Positions 17,997 to 29,740 are shown, numbered from the stretch's first letter. The stretch is 37,874 nt of DNA from Candidatus Methanoplasma sp. (GCA_031288985.1 JAITQH010000027.1:1-37874), one strand, 5' to 3'. Notes: generated by a model not told the origin, from the letters alone. Translations and numbers: made by a program.

Positions 17997-19301
17997 TCAG
18001 CAGTCCTCTTTGCGGACGGGCGCCGCGCCGTCCTTGACCAGATACATGTTGACTATCTTCACGGCGCAGACGTCTCCGCACATGGAGCATCCGTCGGCCT
18101 TTTCGGTGCACCCTCTGGACCTGTATCTGCGGGCCTTCTCCGGATCCAGGCAGATCTCGAACATGGAGTCCCAGTCGAGTTTCTTCCGGGCCTTGGCCAT
18201 GGCCGTGTCCGGCTCCCGGTCCTTCCCTCTGCACAGGTCTCCCACATGCGCGGCGATCTTGGAGGCTATGATCCCTTCCCTGACGTCGCTCTCATCCGGC
18301 AGGGAGAGATGCTCCGCCGGGGTCAGATAGCAAAGGAAGTCCGCGCCGTTCTGGGCCGCCACCGCCCCGCCGATCGCACCGACGATGTGGTCGTACCCCG
18401 GAGCGATGTCCGTCACCAGCGGGCCGAGAACGTAGAACGGGGCGTCGCGGCACAGCGCCTTCTCGAGGCGCACATTCGCAGGGACCTGATCCAGAGGGAC
18501 GTGTCCCGGGCCTTCCACCATGCTTTGCACGCCCGCTTTCCGGGCCCTTTCCACGAGGCTGCCCAGCGTCATGAGTTCGGATACCTGCGCCTGGTCGGTG
18601 GCGTCGTCGATGCATCCGGGTCTGAAACCGTCCCCGAGGGACAGCGTGAACTCGTATTTCCTTGCCATCTCAAGCAGATAGTCGAAATTCTTGAAGAGCG
18701 GGTTCTCCTCTTCGTTGTGCAGTATCCATGCGGTGAGGAACGATCCTCCTCTGGAGACGACGTCCATCAGGCGTCCGCCCCTCTTCAGCCATCCGACGGT
18801 CTCCTTCGTGATGCCGCAGTGGACGGTCATGAAGTCCATGCCGTCCTTGGCGTGCTTTTCTATCCCGCCGAAGATGTCGTCCTCGGTCATCTCGACAACG
18901 GCGTTCCTCCTGGCGGCGGTCAGCCCCGTTTGGTATATCGGGACGGAACCGATCATCACGGGGCACTTGGAGATGAGCGTGCTCCTGATGGCGTCTATGT
19001 CGCCCCCGGTGCTGAGATCCATGATCGCATCGGCGCCGTATCTCAGGGCGATGTCCATCTTTCGGATCTCCGCGTCGAGATCGACGATGTCTCTGGACGT
19101 TCCGAGGTTGGCGTTGACCTTCACGGACATCCCTGCCCCGATGGCCGCCGGCTCGGCGTCATGCACGGGGTTGCGGGGCACGACTATGCGTCCGGAGGCT
19201 ATTCCGGCCCTCACGAATTCCTCGCTCACTCCCTCTTTTTCCGCAATCCTTCTGATCAGCGGAGTTATTCCCGCCCGTGCCTCTTCCATTATGGTGCGCA
19301 T
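17997..19301 (-). CDS. thiC: Phosphomethylpyrimidine synthase (ThiC family radical SAM)
   Basis: KVNANLGTS, IMDLSTGG, VSRGGS, SLGDGFRPG, EGPGH, GYDH, TPAEHL and C-terminal CSMCGDVC. A BzaA/B/F paralog cannot be excluded by eye. Confidence 0.88.
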   Translation of the reverse strand: MRTIMEEARAGITPLIRRIAEKEGVSEEFVRAGIASGRIVVPRNPVHDAEPAAIGAGMSVKVNANLGTSRDIVDLDAEIRKMDIALRYGADAIMDLSTGGDIDAIRSTLISKCPVMIGSVPIYQTGLTAARRNAVVEMTEDDIFGGIEKHAKDGMDFMTVHCGITKETVGWLKRGGRLMDVVSRGGSFLTAWILHNEEENPLFKNFDYLLEMARKYEFTLSLGDGFRPGCIDDATDQAQVSELMTLGSLVERARKAGVQSMVEGPGHVPLDQVPANVRLEKALCRDAPFYVLGPLVTDIAPGYDHIVGAIGGAVAAQNGADFLCYLTPAEHLSLPDESDVREGIIASKIAAHVGDLCRGKDREPDTAMAKARKKLDWDSMFEICLDPEKARRYRSRGCTEKADGCSMCGDVCAVKIVNMYLVKDGAAPVRKEDC

Positions 19302-19348
19302 CGTATCATGACGGCATCGCGGGATCCGTATTTCATGCTTATCCCTTT

Positions 19349-19380
19349 CACGTGCGCACGCGCGTATCCTATATATAGGA
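19349..19380. promoter_or_regulatory. Palindromic TATA element in the thiC/gyrB divergent region with an adjacent alternating purine-pyrimidine tract
   Basis: Perfect 14-bp palindrome TCCTATATATAGGA (19367-19380) and CACGTGCGCACGCGCGTAT (19349-19367). Confidence 0.55.
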
Positions 19381-19406
19381 GGGATGCATAGCGTGTGTCA
19401 GTTTGA

Positions 19407-21332
<1,926 letters not shown>

Positions 21333-21336
21333 TATC

Positions 21337-23817
21337 ATGGAAGAAGAGAACAATCCAGGCTTCAAACGCATAGTCTCCCAGAGCATCGAGAAAGAGATGA
21401 AGCGCTCGTACATCGATTATTCGATGAGCGTCATCGTGGGGCGCGCGCTCCCGGACATCAGGGACGGGCTGAAGCCGGTCCACAGGAAGATACTGTACGC
21501 AATGGACGAGCTGGGTCTCCCCCACAACCGTCCGCACAAGAAGTCCGCAAGGGTGGTGGGAGAGGTCTTGGGCAAGTATCATCCCCACGGAGATTCGGCG
21601 GCCTACGAGGCAATGGTCAGGATGGCCCAGTCCTTTTCGCTGAGATATCCGCTGGTGGACGGACAGGGCAACTTCGGATCCGTGGACGGGGACTCTCCCG
21701 CAGCCATGCGTTACACCGAAGCCAGACTGTCCAAGATATCCTCCGACCTCCTGGCCGACCTGGACAAGAACACGGTGGACTTCGTCGACAACTTCGACGG
21801 CTCTTTGAAAGAGCCGAGCGTGCTCCCCGCGAAATTCCCCAACCTTCTCGTGAACGGTTCGGACGGCATAGCGGTGGGAATGGCCACCAAGATGCCCCCG
21901 CACAACCTGACCGAGGTGTGCGAGGCCATACTGCACAAGATCGATAATCCTTCGGCGGACGCCATAGAGCTGATGCAGTTCGTGAAAGGCCCCGACTTCC
22001 CCACAGGAGGAACGGTCTACGGCATAAACGGCATCACGGAAGCGTACATGACCGGCCGCGGCAAGATAAAGGTCAGGGCCAACACCCACTTCGAGGACAT
22101 GGACAACGGCAAGACGAGGATAATCGTCGACGAGCTTCCGTATCAGGTGAACAAGGCGACCCTGATCGAAGCGATAGCCGAGCATGTGAAGAACAAGGTG
22201 CTGGAGGACATCACGGATCTGCGCGACGAGTCCGACCGCGACGGCATGAGAGTGGTCATCGAACTGCACAGGGACGCGATAAGCTCCGTCGTCCTGGAGA
22301 ACCTGTACAAGAGGACCCAGATGGAAATAACATATGGGATAATCAACCTTGCATTGGTGAACAACAAGCCCACACTCCTCGGCCTTGTGGAAATGATCGA
22401 CCATTTCGTTTCGTACAGGAAGACGATCATAACCCGCCGCACCGAATACGACCTTGCACAGGCGGAAAAGAGATACCACATCCTCGAGGGTCTGATGAAG
22501 GCCCTCGGCATGCTGGACGAGACCATCGCCCTCATACGGGCGTCCAAAAGCGTCCAGGAGGCGTCCGAGGGCCTTCAGGCGCTTCTGGCCATAGACGAAG
22601 ATCAGGCAAAGGCGATCCTGGAGATGAGGCTGCAGAAGCTCACCGGGCTGGAGATCTCCTCCATCAAAGAGGAATACGACCAACTCATCGCCCTCATGAA
22701 CGACCTGAAGGACATATTGGCCAACGAGGGCAGGGTCATGGAGATAGTCAAGATCGAACTCAACGAGGTGAAGGACGCATACGGCGACGCCCGCAGGACG
22801 GTCATCAACGAGAACGCGTTGGACGTGGACGAGGAGGACCTCATACCGAGGGAGGACGTGGTCATCACCATATCCGGAGACAACTACGTGAAGAGGATAC
22901 CTCTGAACACGTACCGCCAGCAGGCCCGCGGAGGCGTGGGCCTCATCGGAATGCAGACCAAGGAGGAGGATCACGTGGCCAGCATGTTCATAACGTCCTC
23001 CCACGACTATCTCATGTTCATAACCAACCGCGGCCGCCTGCATTGGCTCAAAGGATACAGGGTCCCGGAAGGCAGCCGCCAGTCGAAAGGGAAGCCGATC
23101 GTCAATCTCCTGTCCGATCTGGAGCAGGGAGAGAAGGTGGAGAACACAATATGCGTGTCCGACTTCCCGGAAGACAAGTTCCTGGTGTTCTGCACCAAGC
23201 GCGGGGTCATCAAGAAGACCGCCCTCAGCGCATACAAGAACGTGAGGAGCAGGGGGATCAAAGCGATCAAACTGGAAGACGACGACGAACTCATCGAAAC
23301 ATCCATAACGTCCGGCGACGAGCAGATCATACTGGCCACCCGCGAGGGCCAGGCGATCAGGTTCGACGAGGCGGGCGTCCGTTCGACCGGAAGGGACACC
23401 ATGGGCGTGAAGGGAATGGATCTGGCGGATGACGACAGCGTCGTGTCCATGGCCGTCGTCCGTCCGGGGGACAGACTGCTCACGGTGACCGAGAACGGCT
23501 ACGGCAAGATCTCGGAGGTCGACGACTACCGCCGCATAAAACGCGGCGGGAAAGGCGTCAGGACGATCAAGATAGACGCCCGCTCCGTGGAAAGGAACGG
23601 CGGCGTCCTGAGCGTCAGGAAGGTCTCCGCAGGCGACCAGCTGATGGTCACCAGCAAGCAGGGCAAGATCATCCGCATGAGCGTGGACGAGATACGCGAG
23701 ACCGGGCGCAACGCAATGGGCGTCAGGATCATGGACATGAGGAACGACGACAAGATAACCGCCGTCCAGCCCATCGTCTCCGAGATCGCGCCGGAGGAGC
23801 CGGAGGGATCTGAATGA
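21337..23817 (+). CDS. gyrA: DNA gyrase subunit A
   Basis: [15 protein letters not shown], catalytic AAMRYTE, GyrA-box QARGGVG and C-terminal pinwheel repeats. Confidence 0.98.
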   Translation: MEEENNPGFKRIVSQSIEKEMKRSYIDYSMSVIVGRALPDIRDGLKPVHRKILYAMDELGLPHNRPHKKSARVVGEVLGKYHPHGDSAAYEAMVRMAQSFSLRYPLVDGQGNFGSVDGDSPAAMRYTEARLSKISSDLLADLDKNTVDFVDNFDGSLKEPSVLPAKFPNLLVNGSDGIAVGMATKMPPHNLTEVCEAILHKIDNPSADAIELMQFVKGPDFPTGGTVYGINGITEAYMTGRGKIKVRANTHFEDMDNGKTRIIVDELPYQVNKATLIEAIAEHVKNKVLEDITDLRDESDRDGMRVVIELHRDAISSVVLENLYKRTQMEITYGIINLALVNNKPTLLGLVEMIDHFVSYRKTIITRRTEYDLAQAEKRYHILEGLMKALGMLDETIALIRASKSVQEASEGLQALLAIDEDQAKAILEMRLQKLTGLEISSIKEEYDQLIALMNDLKDILANEGRVMEIVKIELNEVKDAYGDARRTVINENALDVDEEDLIPREDVVITISGDNYVKRIPLNTYRQQARGGVGLIGMQTKEEDHVASMFITSSHDYLMFITNRGRLHWLKGYRVPEGSRQSKGKPIVNLLSDLEQGEKVENTICVSDFPEDKFLVFCTKRGVIKKTALSAYKNVRSRGIKAIKLEDDDELIETSITSGDEQIILATREGQAIRFDEAGVRSTGRDTMGVKGMDLADDDSVVSMAVVRPGDRLLTVTENGYGKISEVDDYRRIKRGGKGVRTIKIDARSVERNGGVLSVRKVSAGDQLMVTSKQGKIIRMSVDEIRETGRNAMGVRIMDMRNDDKITAVQPIVSEIAPEEPEGSE

Positions 23818-24134
23818 ACGCGACGGCCGCCTCATGGGCGGCCGCCGTCGCCTCCGCCGCATCGGCGGCGTCCCTGGCCCTTCTGGCCGCGGCGTCGGGA
23901 TACGATGCGGCGTTCACGATCCTGGCGGCCGCGCTCCTTATCGCGGCCGCCGCCTGCTCCTGCGTGGCATGGAAGGCGGGCGAGGACTATCGCGCCGCCA
24001 CCGGCGAGGATGGAAAGGTGAGATGCCTCAGGCTGAAGCGCCCCGGCATCCCACCGAACGGCGCGCCTGCGGCCAAGGCCGTGAAGGGAAAGGCGCCCGG
24101 CGGAAAGCTTCCGAAGGGAAAGGCGCCCAAATGA
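23814..24134 (+). CDS. Small Ala-rich two-TM membrane protein with a basic tail
   Basis: ATGA overlap with the gyrA stop, two hydrophobic segments, and KGKAP twice in the tail. Confidence 0.5.
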   Translation: MNATAASWAAAVASAASAASLALLAAASGYDAAFTILAAALLIAAAACSCVAWKAGEDYRAATGEDGKVRCLRLKRPGIPPNGAPAAKAVKGKAPGGKLPKGKAPK

Positions 24135-24188
24135 ACCGTTTTGGAATAAGGAAACTTTATAATGGAAAACGGCGCATAGGGGCATTGC

Positions 24189-24264
24189 GCCGCGGTAACT
24201 CAGTTGGGAGAGTGCATGACTGAAGATCATGAAGTCGCTGGTTCGAGCCCGGCTCGCGGCACCA
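24189..24264 (+). tRNA. tRNA-Phe(GAA), CCA encoded
   Basis: Acceptor GCCGCGG/TCGCGGC, anticodon arm CATGA-CTGAAGA-TCATG and GTTCGAGCC T-loop. TTTATAA TATA box at about 24156. Confidence 0.96.
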
Positions 24265-24309
24265 TACATATTCTGAGAACGGGGGCGAATCTGTTCCGGA
24301 GGAGATCCC

Positions 24310-24474
24310 GTGGAATCCGACACGATTTTCATTGATATCAGGGCGAGCGACCTGACCCTCGCGCAGGTGCTCAAAGAGATAGAGAGGATCCAAAAGGAGA
24401 ATCCCGACCTCGAGATATTCTTGGACGGCGATGCGCACGCCATCGCGGGCCGCAAGAGGCTCGGGAGGACGTGA
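24310..24474 (+). CDS. 54-aa hypothetical protein (absent from the ORF track)
   Basis: GGAGG SD at 24298-24302 and a GTG start. MESDTIFIDIRASDLTLAQVLKEIERIQKENPDLEIFLDGDAHAIAGRKRLGRT; the stop is 1 nt before the DUF531 ATG. Confidence 0.7.
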   Translation: MESDTIFIDIRASDLTLAQVLKEIERIQKENPDLEIFLDGDAHAIAGRKRLGRT

Positions 24475-24475
24475 C

Positions 24476-25018
24476 ATGGGGAACGGACGCATAACTCTGG
24501 GACTCTACAACTCCTACGACCCGTCAAAGTTCAGAGAGCCTCACCGCCGCGCATTGGCGCGCGCCGGGGGCCTTGCGCTGGCATTCGACATGAATCTTGC
24601 GCTTTTTGGGTTCCCGATCCCCGAAGAGGCGGCGACCCCGAGGGAAACAGCCGAGTGGGTGGCCGGTACGACCAGCATAGGGGGCGGCGGAGACTACTTC
24701 ATACAGCTGGCCGAAAAGGGAAGGTTCATGAAGTTCCCGTATCCGGCGAAAGGGTTCCCGCCGCAGCTGGGCGAGCCGATACTCACCACCAGCAAACCCG
24801 TCCCGTCGAAAAGCATCACTCTGCGGCAGGCAGCGGACATGGTGGTCGGGGGGAAGAGCATACTCCTGGTCTTCGGGCTGGGGCCTCACGGCGTGCCTAA
24901 GGGCGCATCCGCGATACCCGCATACAACCTTGACGCGACCGGCGGAGGATTCTCGCTGGAGACATGCACCGCGATCGGTGCGGTCGCCGGAGCGCTGCAC
25001 AGCCTGATCGGTCAGTAA
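24476..25018 (+). CDS. DUF531 family protein (predicted SPOUT methyltransferase)
   Basis: TLGLYNSYD...HRRALARA...AFDMNLALFGFP, FPPQLG, FGLGPHG and SLETCTAIG. Confidence 0.88.
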   Translation: MGNGRITLGLYNSYDPSKFREPHRRALARAGGLALAFDMNLALFGFPIPEEAATPRETAEWVAGTTSIGGGGDYFIQLAEKGRFMKFPYPAKGFPPQLGEPILTTSKPVPSKSITLRQAADMVVGGKSILLVFGLGPHGVPKGASAIPAYNLDATGGGFSLETCTAIGAVAGALHSLIGQ

Positions 25019-26031
25019 CGGTCGTACAATATGTTGCCGTCCCGCAGCAGGACCCCGTCGCCTTTCTCGACATATCCGACGATCTTTGCGTTCCCGTTCT
25101 CTTTGACGATGGCCTCGGCATCGTCTTTGGGCGCAATTATGGTGAATCCCATGCTCATGTTGAGCGTCTGATACATCTCCCGGTCGTCGATCTCCCCGAG
25201 TTCCCGGATCTTGTTGAACAGCGGCGCCGGTTCGATCGGATCGTCGATCGCATATCTGAGCCCCGACTTCATGCGGAGTATGTTCCTCAGGCCTCCGCCG
25301 GTGATGTCCACAAGACCGTGCACCGTGTGATTCGAGGTGATATCCAGCACTTGTCTGACATATATCTCGGTGGGGGTGAGAAGTTCTTCGCCCACCGTCC
25401 CCTTCAATCCGGGCAGGCGGTCGTTCACCGACACCCCGTTGGCCTGAAAGACCTTCCGGGCAAGCGTCAGTCCGTTGGAGTGTATGCCCGACGATCTCAG
25501 ACCCACGATCAGATCGCCGTCCTCGCACGCCCGGCCTGTTATAACTTTATTCTTTTCAACGCATCCCAGACATGTGCCGGACAGATCCACGCCGTTGACC
25601 ATCTCCGGGAGTACGGCGATCTCACCGCCGACGATCTCCATATTGGAAAGTTCGGCGCCCTTCTCCAGTCCCGCGCCTATGGCCTTGGTGATATTGTCGT
25701 CGGGGACGTCGATGGCGATATAGTCGACGAATGATATGGGTTCGGCGTTGACGCATATGGTGTCGTTCACATTCATGGCGATGCAGTCTATGCCGACCGT
25801 GTCCCATTTGCCGAGTTCTTCGGCCACAAGGAGCTTTGTCCCGACCCCGTCGGTGGCCAGCGTCATGTATCTGTCTCCGAAATCAATGAGACTGGCGAAC
25901 AGGCCGGGAATGCGCACCATCTGTCCGGGCCCTTTGCGTCTGAACTTCAGTTCGCCGACCAAGGAACATATGGCGCTCGACTTTTGATCTATGTTGACTC
26001 CTGCCTTGGAGTATGTCCATCCTGACGACAT
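25012..26031 (-). CDS. purM: Phosphoribosylformylglycinamidine cyclo-ligase (AIR synthetase)
   Basis: TYSKAGVNI, TDGVGTK, GIDCIAMNVND, GGEIA, SSGIHSNG, ITGGG and TLNMSMGF. Start at ATG 26031. Confidence 0.96.
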   Translation of the reverse strand: MSSGWTYSKAGVNIDQKSSAICSLVGELKFRRKGPGQMVRIPGLFASLIDFGDRYMTLATDGVGTKLLVAEELGKWDTVGIDCIAMNVNDTICVNAEPISFVDYIAIDVPDDNITKAIGAGLEKGAELSNMEIVGGEIAVLPEMVNGVDLSGTCLGCVEKNKVITGRACEDGDLIVGLRSSGIHSNGLTLARKVFQANGVSVNDRLPGLKGTVGEELLTPTEIYVRQVLDITSNHTVHGLVDITGGGLRNILRMKSGLRYAIDDPIEPAPLFNKIRELGEIDDREMYQTLNMSMGFTIIAPKDDAEAIVKENGNAKIVGYVEKGDGVLLRDGNILYDRY

Positions 26032-26208
26032 CAGCCCTTGTAAAGTGTTTTCGATATTATTACTTTCCAAAGAATGCGCCCCGAGACGGGGCGCTTCCGT
26101 GTCGAAATGCCGTTCGTTCCCGACGGATCGGTCGGCGCGCCGATTCAAAACGCACAACTTTCTCAAACCCGTGCAAAGTGCGGAGCCGCGTGCGGCGGCA
26201 AAGATCCG

Positions 26209-26583
26209 TCACCTGATCTTTGATATCTCTTCCGCCATGTCTTTGGCATAGACCAAGGCGTCTCTCACGGACTGCACCGTGGGCAACGCGTCATCGCATC
26301 TCGGAACGGCTGCGAACGAAGTCAGGACAACGGCCTGCCAAACATATCTCTTTGACAGGGACTTGTCCGGGAGCAGTTCCAACAACGCCGTTATGTTATG
26401 CGTGCGTGGATATGGCAGGTCAAGCTCTACAAGTTTGGATTTTATGCTCTTTTCAATATACTGTGAGACAAGGTATGCTGCGACTCCTGTTCTCTCCTCA
26501 TGCAGTTTGAACGTCTCTTCGGCGGTGAGAATATCGTCTCTTGCGTTGCGGAGCAATCTGACTGATGATTCAGGCGGAGCCAT
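26209..26583 (-). CDS. HEPN domain protein (partner of the MNT)
   Basis: A..D...A, QYIEKSIKS and YPRTHNITALL. Overlaps the upstream MNT gene. Confidence 0.88.
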   Translation of the reverse strand: MAPPESSVRLLRNARDDILTAEETFKLHEERTGVAAYLVSQYIEKSIKSKLVELDLPYPRTHNITALLELLPDKSLSKRYVWQAVVLTSFAAVPRCDDALPTVQSVRDALVYAKDMAEEISKIR

Positions 26584-26890
26584 ACAGCACGACCCCTTTA
26601 TGGAGGGCCTCGTAGACCACTGAATATTTGTCATTGCGCCGTTCCTCGAACTCTTCCGGAGTGAACGCAAGGATGTCGATGGGGGCGCTGTACATTCCTA
26701 TCGTGAAACGTACATCCACACTGCGCTCGAACCGAGGCATGTCGGAATCCATGATGACCATCAGGTCAATGTCGCTGTCCTCTCTGTCCGTTCCATTGGC
26801 AACGGAACCGAAAAGGATGACCGCTTTCGGATCGTAGTCTTCGACTATCCTGCGAACCGCTTTGTCCACCATCTTTTTTTCTATCGCCAT
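26570..26890 (-). CDS. Minimal nucleotidyltransferase (MNT) antitoxin
   Basis: ILFGSVANG..REDSDIDLMVI...IDIL; 106 aa. Confidence 0.92.
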   Translation of the reverse strand: MAIEKKMVDKAVRRIVEDYDPKAVILFGSVANGTDREDSDIDLMVIMDSDMPRFERSVDVRFTIGMYSAPIDILAFTPEEFEERRNDKYSVVYEALHKGVVLYGSA

Positions 26891-27007
26891 GCGTCCGTAC
26901 CTGAGTGCGGATTAATAGATTCTTGTCTGCACAAACAGAGAAGGTCGGCAAAATGAATGCGGGGCCTCCCCCCGGATGCCCCGCCGCCTTGCGGCGAGAC
27001 CCACCGC

Positions 27008-27808
27008 TCACGCGATGAGTTCTCCTCCGTCGATGGCCAGCACGAAACCGACTATGTGCGAGGCCTCGTCCGAAGCGAGGAAGAAGATCCCGTTGGCGAT
27101 GTCCTCCGTCGTGGCGTATCTTTTGTCCGGGATGTTCTTGACCAGCTCTTTTCTGGCGGCCTCCGCCCCTCCGACGCCGCCCACGGCGAGTTCCAACGCA
27201 CGCATCATGCGGTCGTCCACGGGGCCCGGGGCGACGGCGTTGACCCTCACACCGAATTTTATGGCCTCAATGGCCGCAGATCTGGTGAGGCCGAGGACGG
27301 CGTGCTTGGACGCGACATAGTCGCACAGCACCCCTCCGCCGCTGTAAAGGGCGGTGATCGACGCGGTGTTGACTATCGATCCGTACCCTTGGGTCTTCAT
27401 CTGCCTGAGGCCGTGCTTCAGACCGTAGAACACTCCGAAAACATTCACGTTCAGGACATTTCTGAACTCCTCCGCCGTGAGATTCATTATGGACTTGGCC
27501 GCGCCTCCGTATCCAGCGTTGTTGATCATCATGTCCAATTTTCCGTATTTCGCCACCGTGCACTTCACCATGCCCTCCATGGCGCTCTCGTCGGAGACAT
27601 CCAGAACGAAGCCCGCAAAGCGGTCGTCCGAAAGGCCTAAGGATGCCTTGAGGGCCGCCAGCTTGGTCTCGGACGTGGATTGCACGGCCAGCTTCGCGCC
27701 GTGCAGCGCGAACAGCCTGGCGGCGGCGGAACCGATCCCTCCGGTCGCGCCGGTTATCAGCACGACCTTGTCCTTCATCATGCCCGATTCCTGACTCTCG
27801 CCGCTCAT
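27008..27808 (-). CDS. Classical short-chain dehydrogenase/reductase
   Basis: TGATGGIG, NNAG, NTAS, YVASK, RVNAVAPG and IDGG. Confidence 0.95.
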   Translation of the reverse strand: MSGESQESGMMKDKVVLITGATGGIGSAAARLFALHGAKLAVQSTSETKLAALKASLGLSDDRFAGFVLDVSDESAMEGMVKCTVAKYGKLDMMINNAGYGGAAKSIMNLTAEEFRNVLNVNVFGVFYGLKHGLRQMKTQGYGSIVNTASITALYSGGGVLCDYVASKHAVLGLTRSAAIEAIKFGVRVNAVAPGPVDDRMMRALELAVGGVGGAEAARKELVKNIPDKRYATTEDIANGIFFLASDEASHIVGFVLAIDGGELIA

Positions 27809-28256
27809 GCTATCACATCCGGCCCCGTCTGCGCAGAGGCGCAGGAACACGCTCCGGTGCATTCACGATCCGCTGTCATTCCCTTTGCCGCCCTGCATGC
27901 GCACCCTGCAGTCTCGACGCCCGCCCTGCGGCACGCACACGGCGCCCTGTTTGCTGTTTCTTTACTCATATCAATCATCGCCCCTTAGAATTTTGGCGCA
28001 TACGAATGAAATGGGGCGATAAATAACTGTTTCATTGTAACAGGACGCATCGGTGCCGTCAGCAGGCAGCGACGCCCATTATTGCCGCCCGGCCGCGCCG
28101 CTGGAGCCGGCAGAGGCCGGCGGCCCATGCGCCGGCACTTTCGGCCGATTCGGCGACCCCCTAATCAGGATTAAATACGGTCATGCCCGTGAGAGCACCA
28201 TGGGATGCACCTGCGAGCGGAGAGACGGCGCACATCAGTCGTTTTCGGAGGTCGAT

Positions 28257-28276
28257 TCCGGTAAGTTTATACCGGA
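28257..28276 (+). promoter_or_regulatory. TATA box of the vsr-MTase-REase operon inside an inverted repeat carrying two CCGG sites
   Basis: TCCGGTA-AGTTTA-TACCGGA; TTTATA at 28266-28271, 28 nt before ATG 28299. Confidence 0.6.
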
Positions 28277-28298
28277 CTACAGCATACGGCATCACAGT

Positions 28299-28706
28299 AT
28301 GGGTAAAACTCCGGAACAAATAAGTTACAACATGTCAAGGATCCGTTCCAAGGACACCGGGATAGAGTTGAAGCTGAGGAAGGAACTGTGGTCCAGGGGC
28401 CTGCGCTACCGTAAGAACGCAAGGTCTGTATACGGCAATCCCGATATAGTGTTCAAGGGGAAAAAAGTAGCAGTGTTCTGCGACTCCGAATTCTGGCACG
28501 GCCGCGATTGGGAGACGAGAAAATTCGATTTCAAAAGCAACGAAGACAGATGGATCGCGAAGATCGAGCGCAACATGGAAAGGGACAGGCAGGTCACGGC
28601 AGTGCTGGAAACAGATGGATGGACCGTACTGAGGTTCTGGGGGAAAGACATCGATAAGAAGGCGGCCGACTGCGCGGATGAAGTGGAAAAGGCGGTGAGA
28701 AAATGA
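28299..28706 (+). CDS. vsr: Very short patch repair endonuclease
   Basis: NMSRIRSKDT.IE..LRKELW..GLRYRKN, GNPDIVF, FCDSEFWHG, KIERNMERD and GWTVLRFW. Confidence 0.96.
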   Translation: MGKTPEQISYNMSRIRSKDTGIELKLRKELWSRGLRYRKNARSVYGNPDIVFKGKKVAVFCDSEFWHGRDWETRKFDFKSNEDRWIAKIERNMERDRQVTAVLETDGWTVLRFWGKDIDKKAADCADEVEKAVRK

Positions 28707-29740
28707 AACAATACAGGGCCATAGACCTTTTTGCGGGCATAGGGGGGATAAGGCTTGGTTTCGAGCAAGGATTCAGGAAGCATGGGAGCGGCGTGGAGAC
28801 GGTGTTCGTCAGCGAATGGGACGAGCATGCCAAGACGACATACGCCTCGAACTTCAAAACGCCCGCCGCGGATCTGAGGCAGGGCGACATAACCAAGATC
28901 GAAGAGGAAAGCATCCCGCAATTCGACATATGCCTCGCAGGGTTCCCGTGCCAGGCCTTCAGCATTGCGGGGCAGAAGAAAGGGTTCGAGGACGAATACA
29001 AAGGGAAGTGCAGAGGCACGCTGTTCTTCGATGTGGCTCGCCTGTGCGACAGGGCGGAGAAGGACAAGCCGAAAGTGATCTTCTGCGAGAATGTGAAAGG
29101 CCTCGAGATGCACGACGGCGGGAGGACGCTGGAGATCATTCTCGGAAGGATGAGGGAGATGGGCTACACCGTGCACTGGAAAGTGCTCAACAGCAAAGAT
29201 TACGGCGTGCCTCAGAACAGAGAGCGCGTGTACATCGCCGCGTTCAGGAACGACATTGACAGCCGCGCCTTCAAATTCCCGGATCCCGCCGCAGAAAAGG
29301 CGGCCCTGAAGGATATTCTGGAGAAGGATCCCGTGTCGGTCAAGTACTACCTCAGCACAAGATATTTGGACACTCTGAAGAAACACCGCGCCAGGCACGA
29401 GGCCAAAGGCAATGGGTTCGGATATGAGATCAAAGATCCGAACGGAGTTTCGTCTGCGATAGTATGCGGAGGCATGGGCAGAGAAAGAAACCTCGTCGTC
29501 GACGACAGGCTCTCCGATTTCACACCGATCACAAACATAAAAGGGGAAGTGAACAGAGACGGAGTGCGCAAAATGACCCCGCGCGAATGGGCCAGACTGC
29601 AAGGGTATCCGGACAGCTACAAGCTGGAGCTGGCGGACACGCACCTGTACAGGCAGATGGGCAATTCCGTAACCGTCCCTGTGATATCGGCCATAGCGGA
29701 AAAGATCTGGGAGATTCTCGATGCCTCTGAGCGGAAATAA
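28703..29740 (+). CDS. C5-cytosine DNA methyltransferase, M.HpaII-like (probable CCGG)
   Basis: DLFAGIGG, GFPCQ, ENV, QNRERVY and GNSV. The TRD (KGNGFGYEI...GGMGRERNLV...NIKGEVN) resembles M.HpaII as I recall it. Confidence 0.93.
   Translation: MKQYRAIDLFAGIGGIRLGFEQGFRKHGSGVETVFVSEWDEHAKTTYASNFKTPAADLRQGDITKIEEESIPQFDICLAGFPCQAFSIAGQKKGFEDEYKGKCRGTLFFDVARLCDRAEKDKPKVIFCENVKGLEMHDGGRTLEIILGRMREMGYTVHWKVLNSKDYGVPQNRERVYIAAFRNDIDSRAFKFPDPAAEKAALKDILEKDPVSVKYYLSTRYLDTLKKHRARHEAKGNGFGYEIKDPNGVSSAIVCGGMGRERNLVVDDRLSDFTPITNIKGEVNRDGVRKMTPREWARLQGYPDSYKLELADTHLYRQMGNSVTVPVISAIAEKIWEILDASERK

Noticed and set aside
26076-26094. Hairpin GCGCCCCG-AGA-CGGGGCGC between HEPN and purM as a terminator or purine riboswitch
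   Set aside because: There is no adjacent U-tract and no riboswitch consensus; a lone GC hairpin is unremarkable in this DNA.
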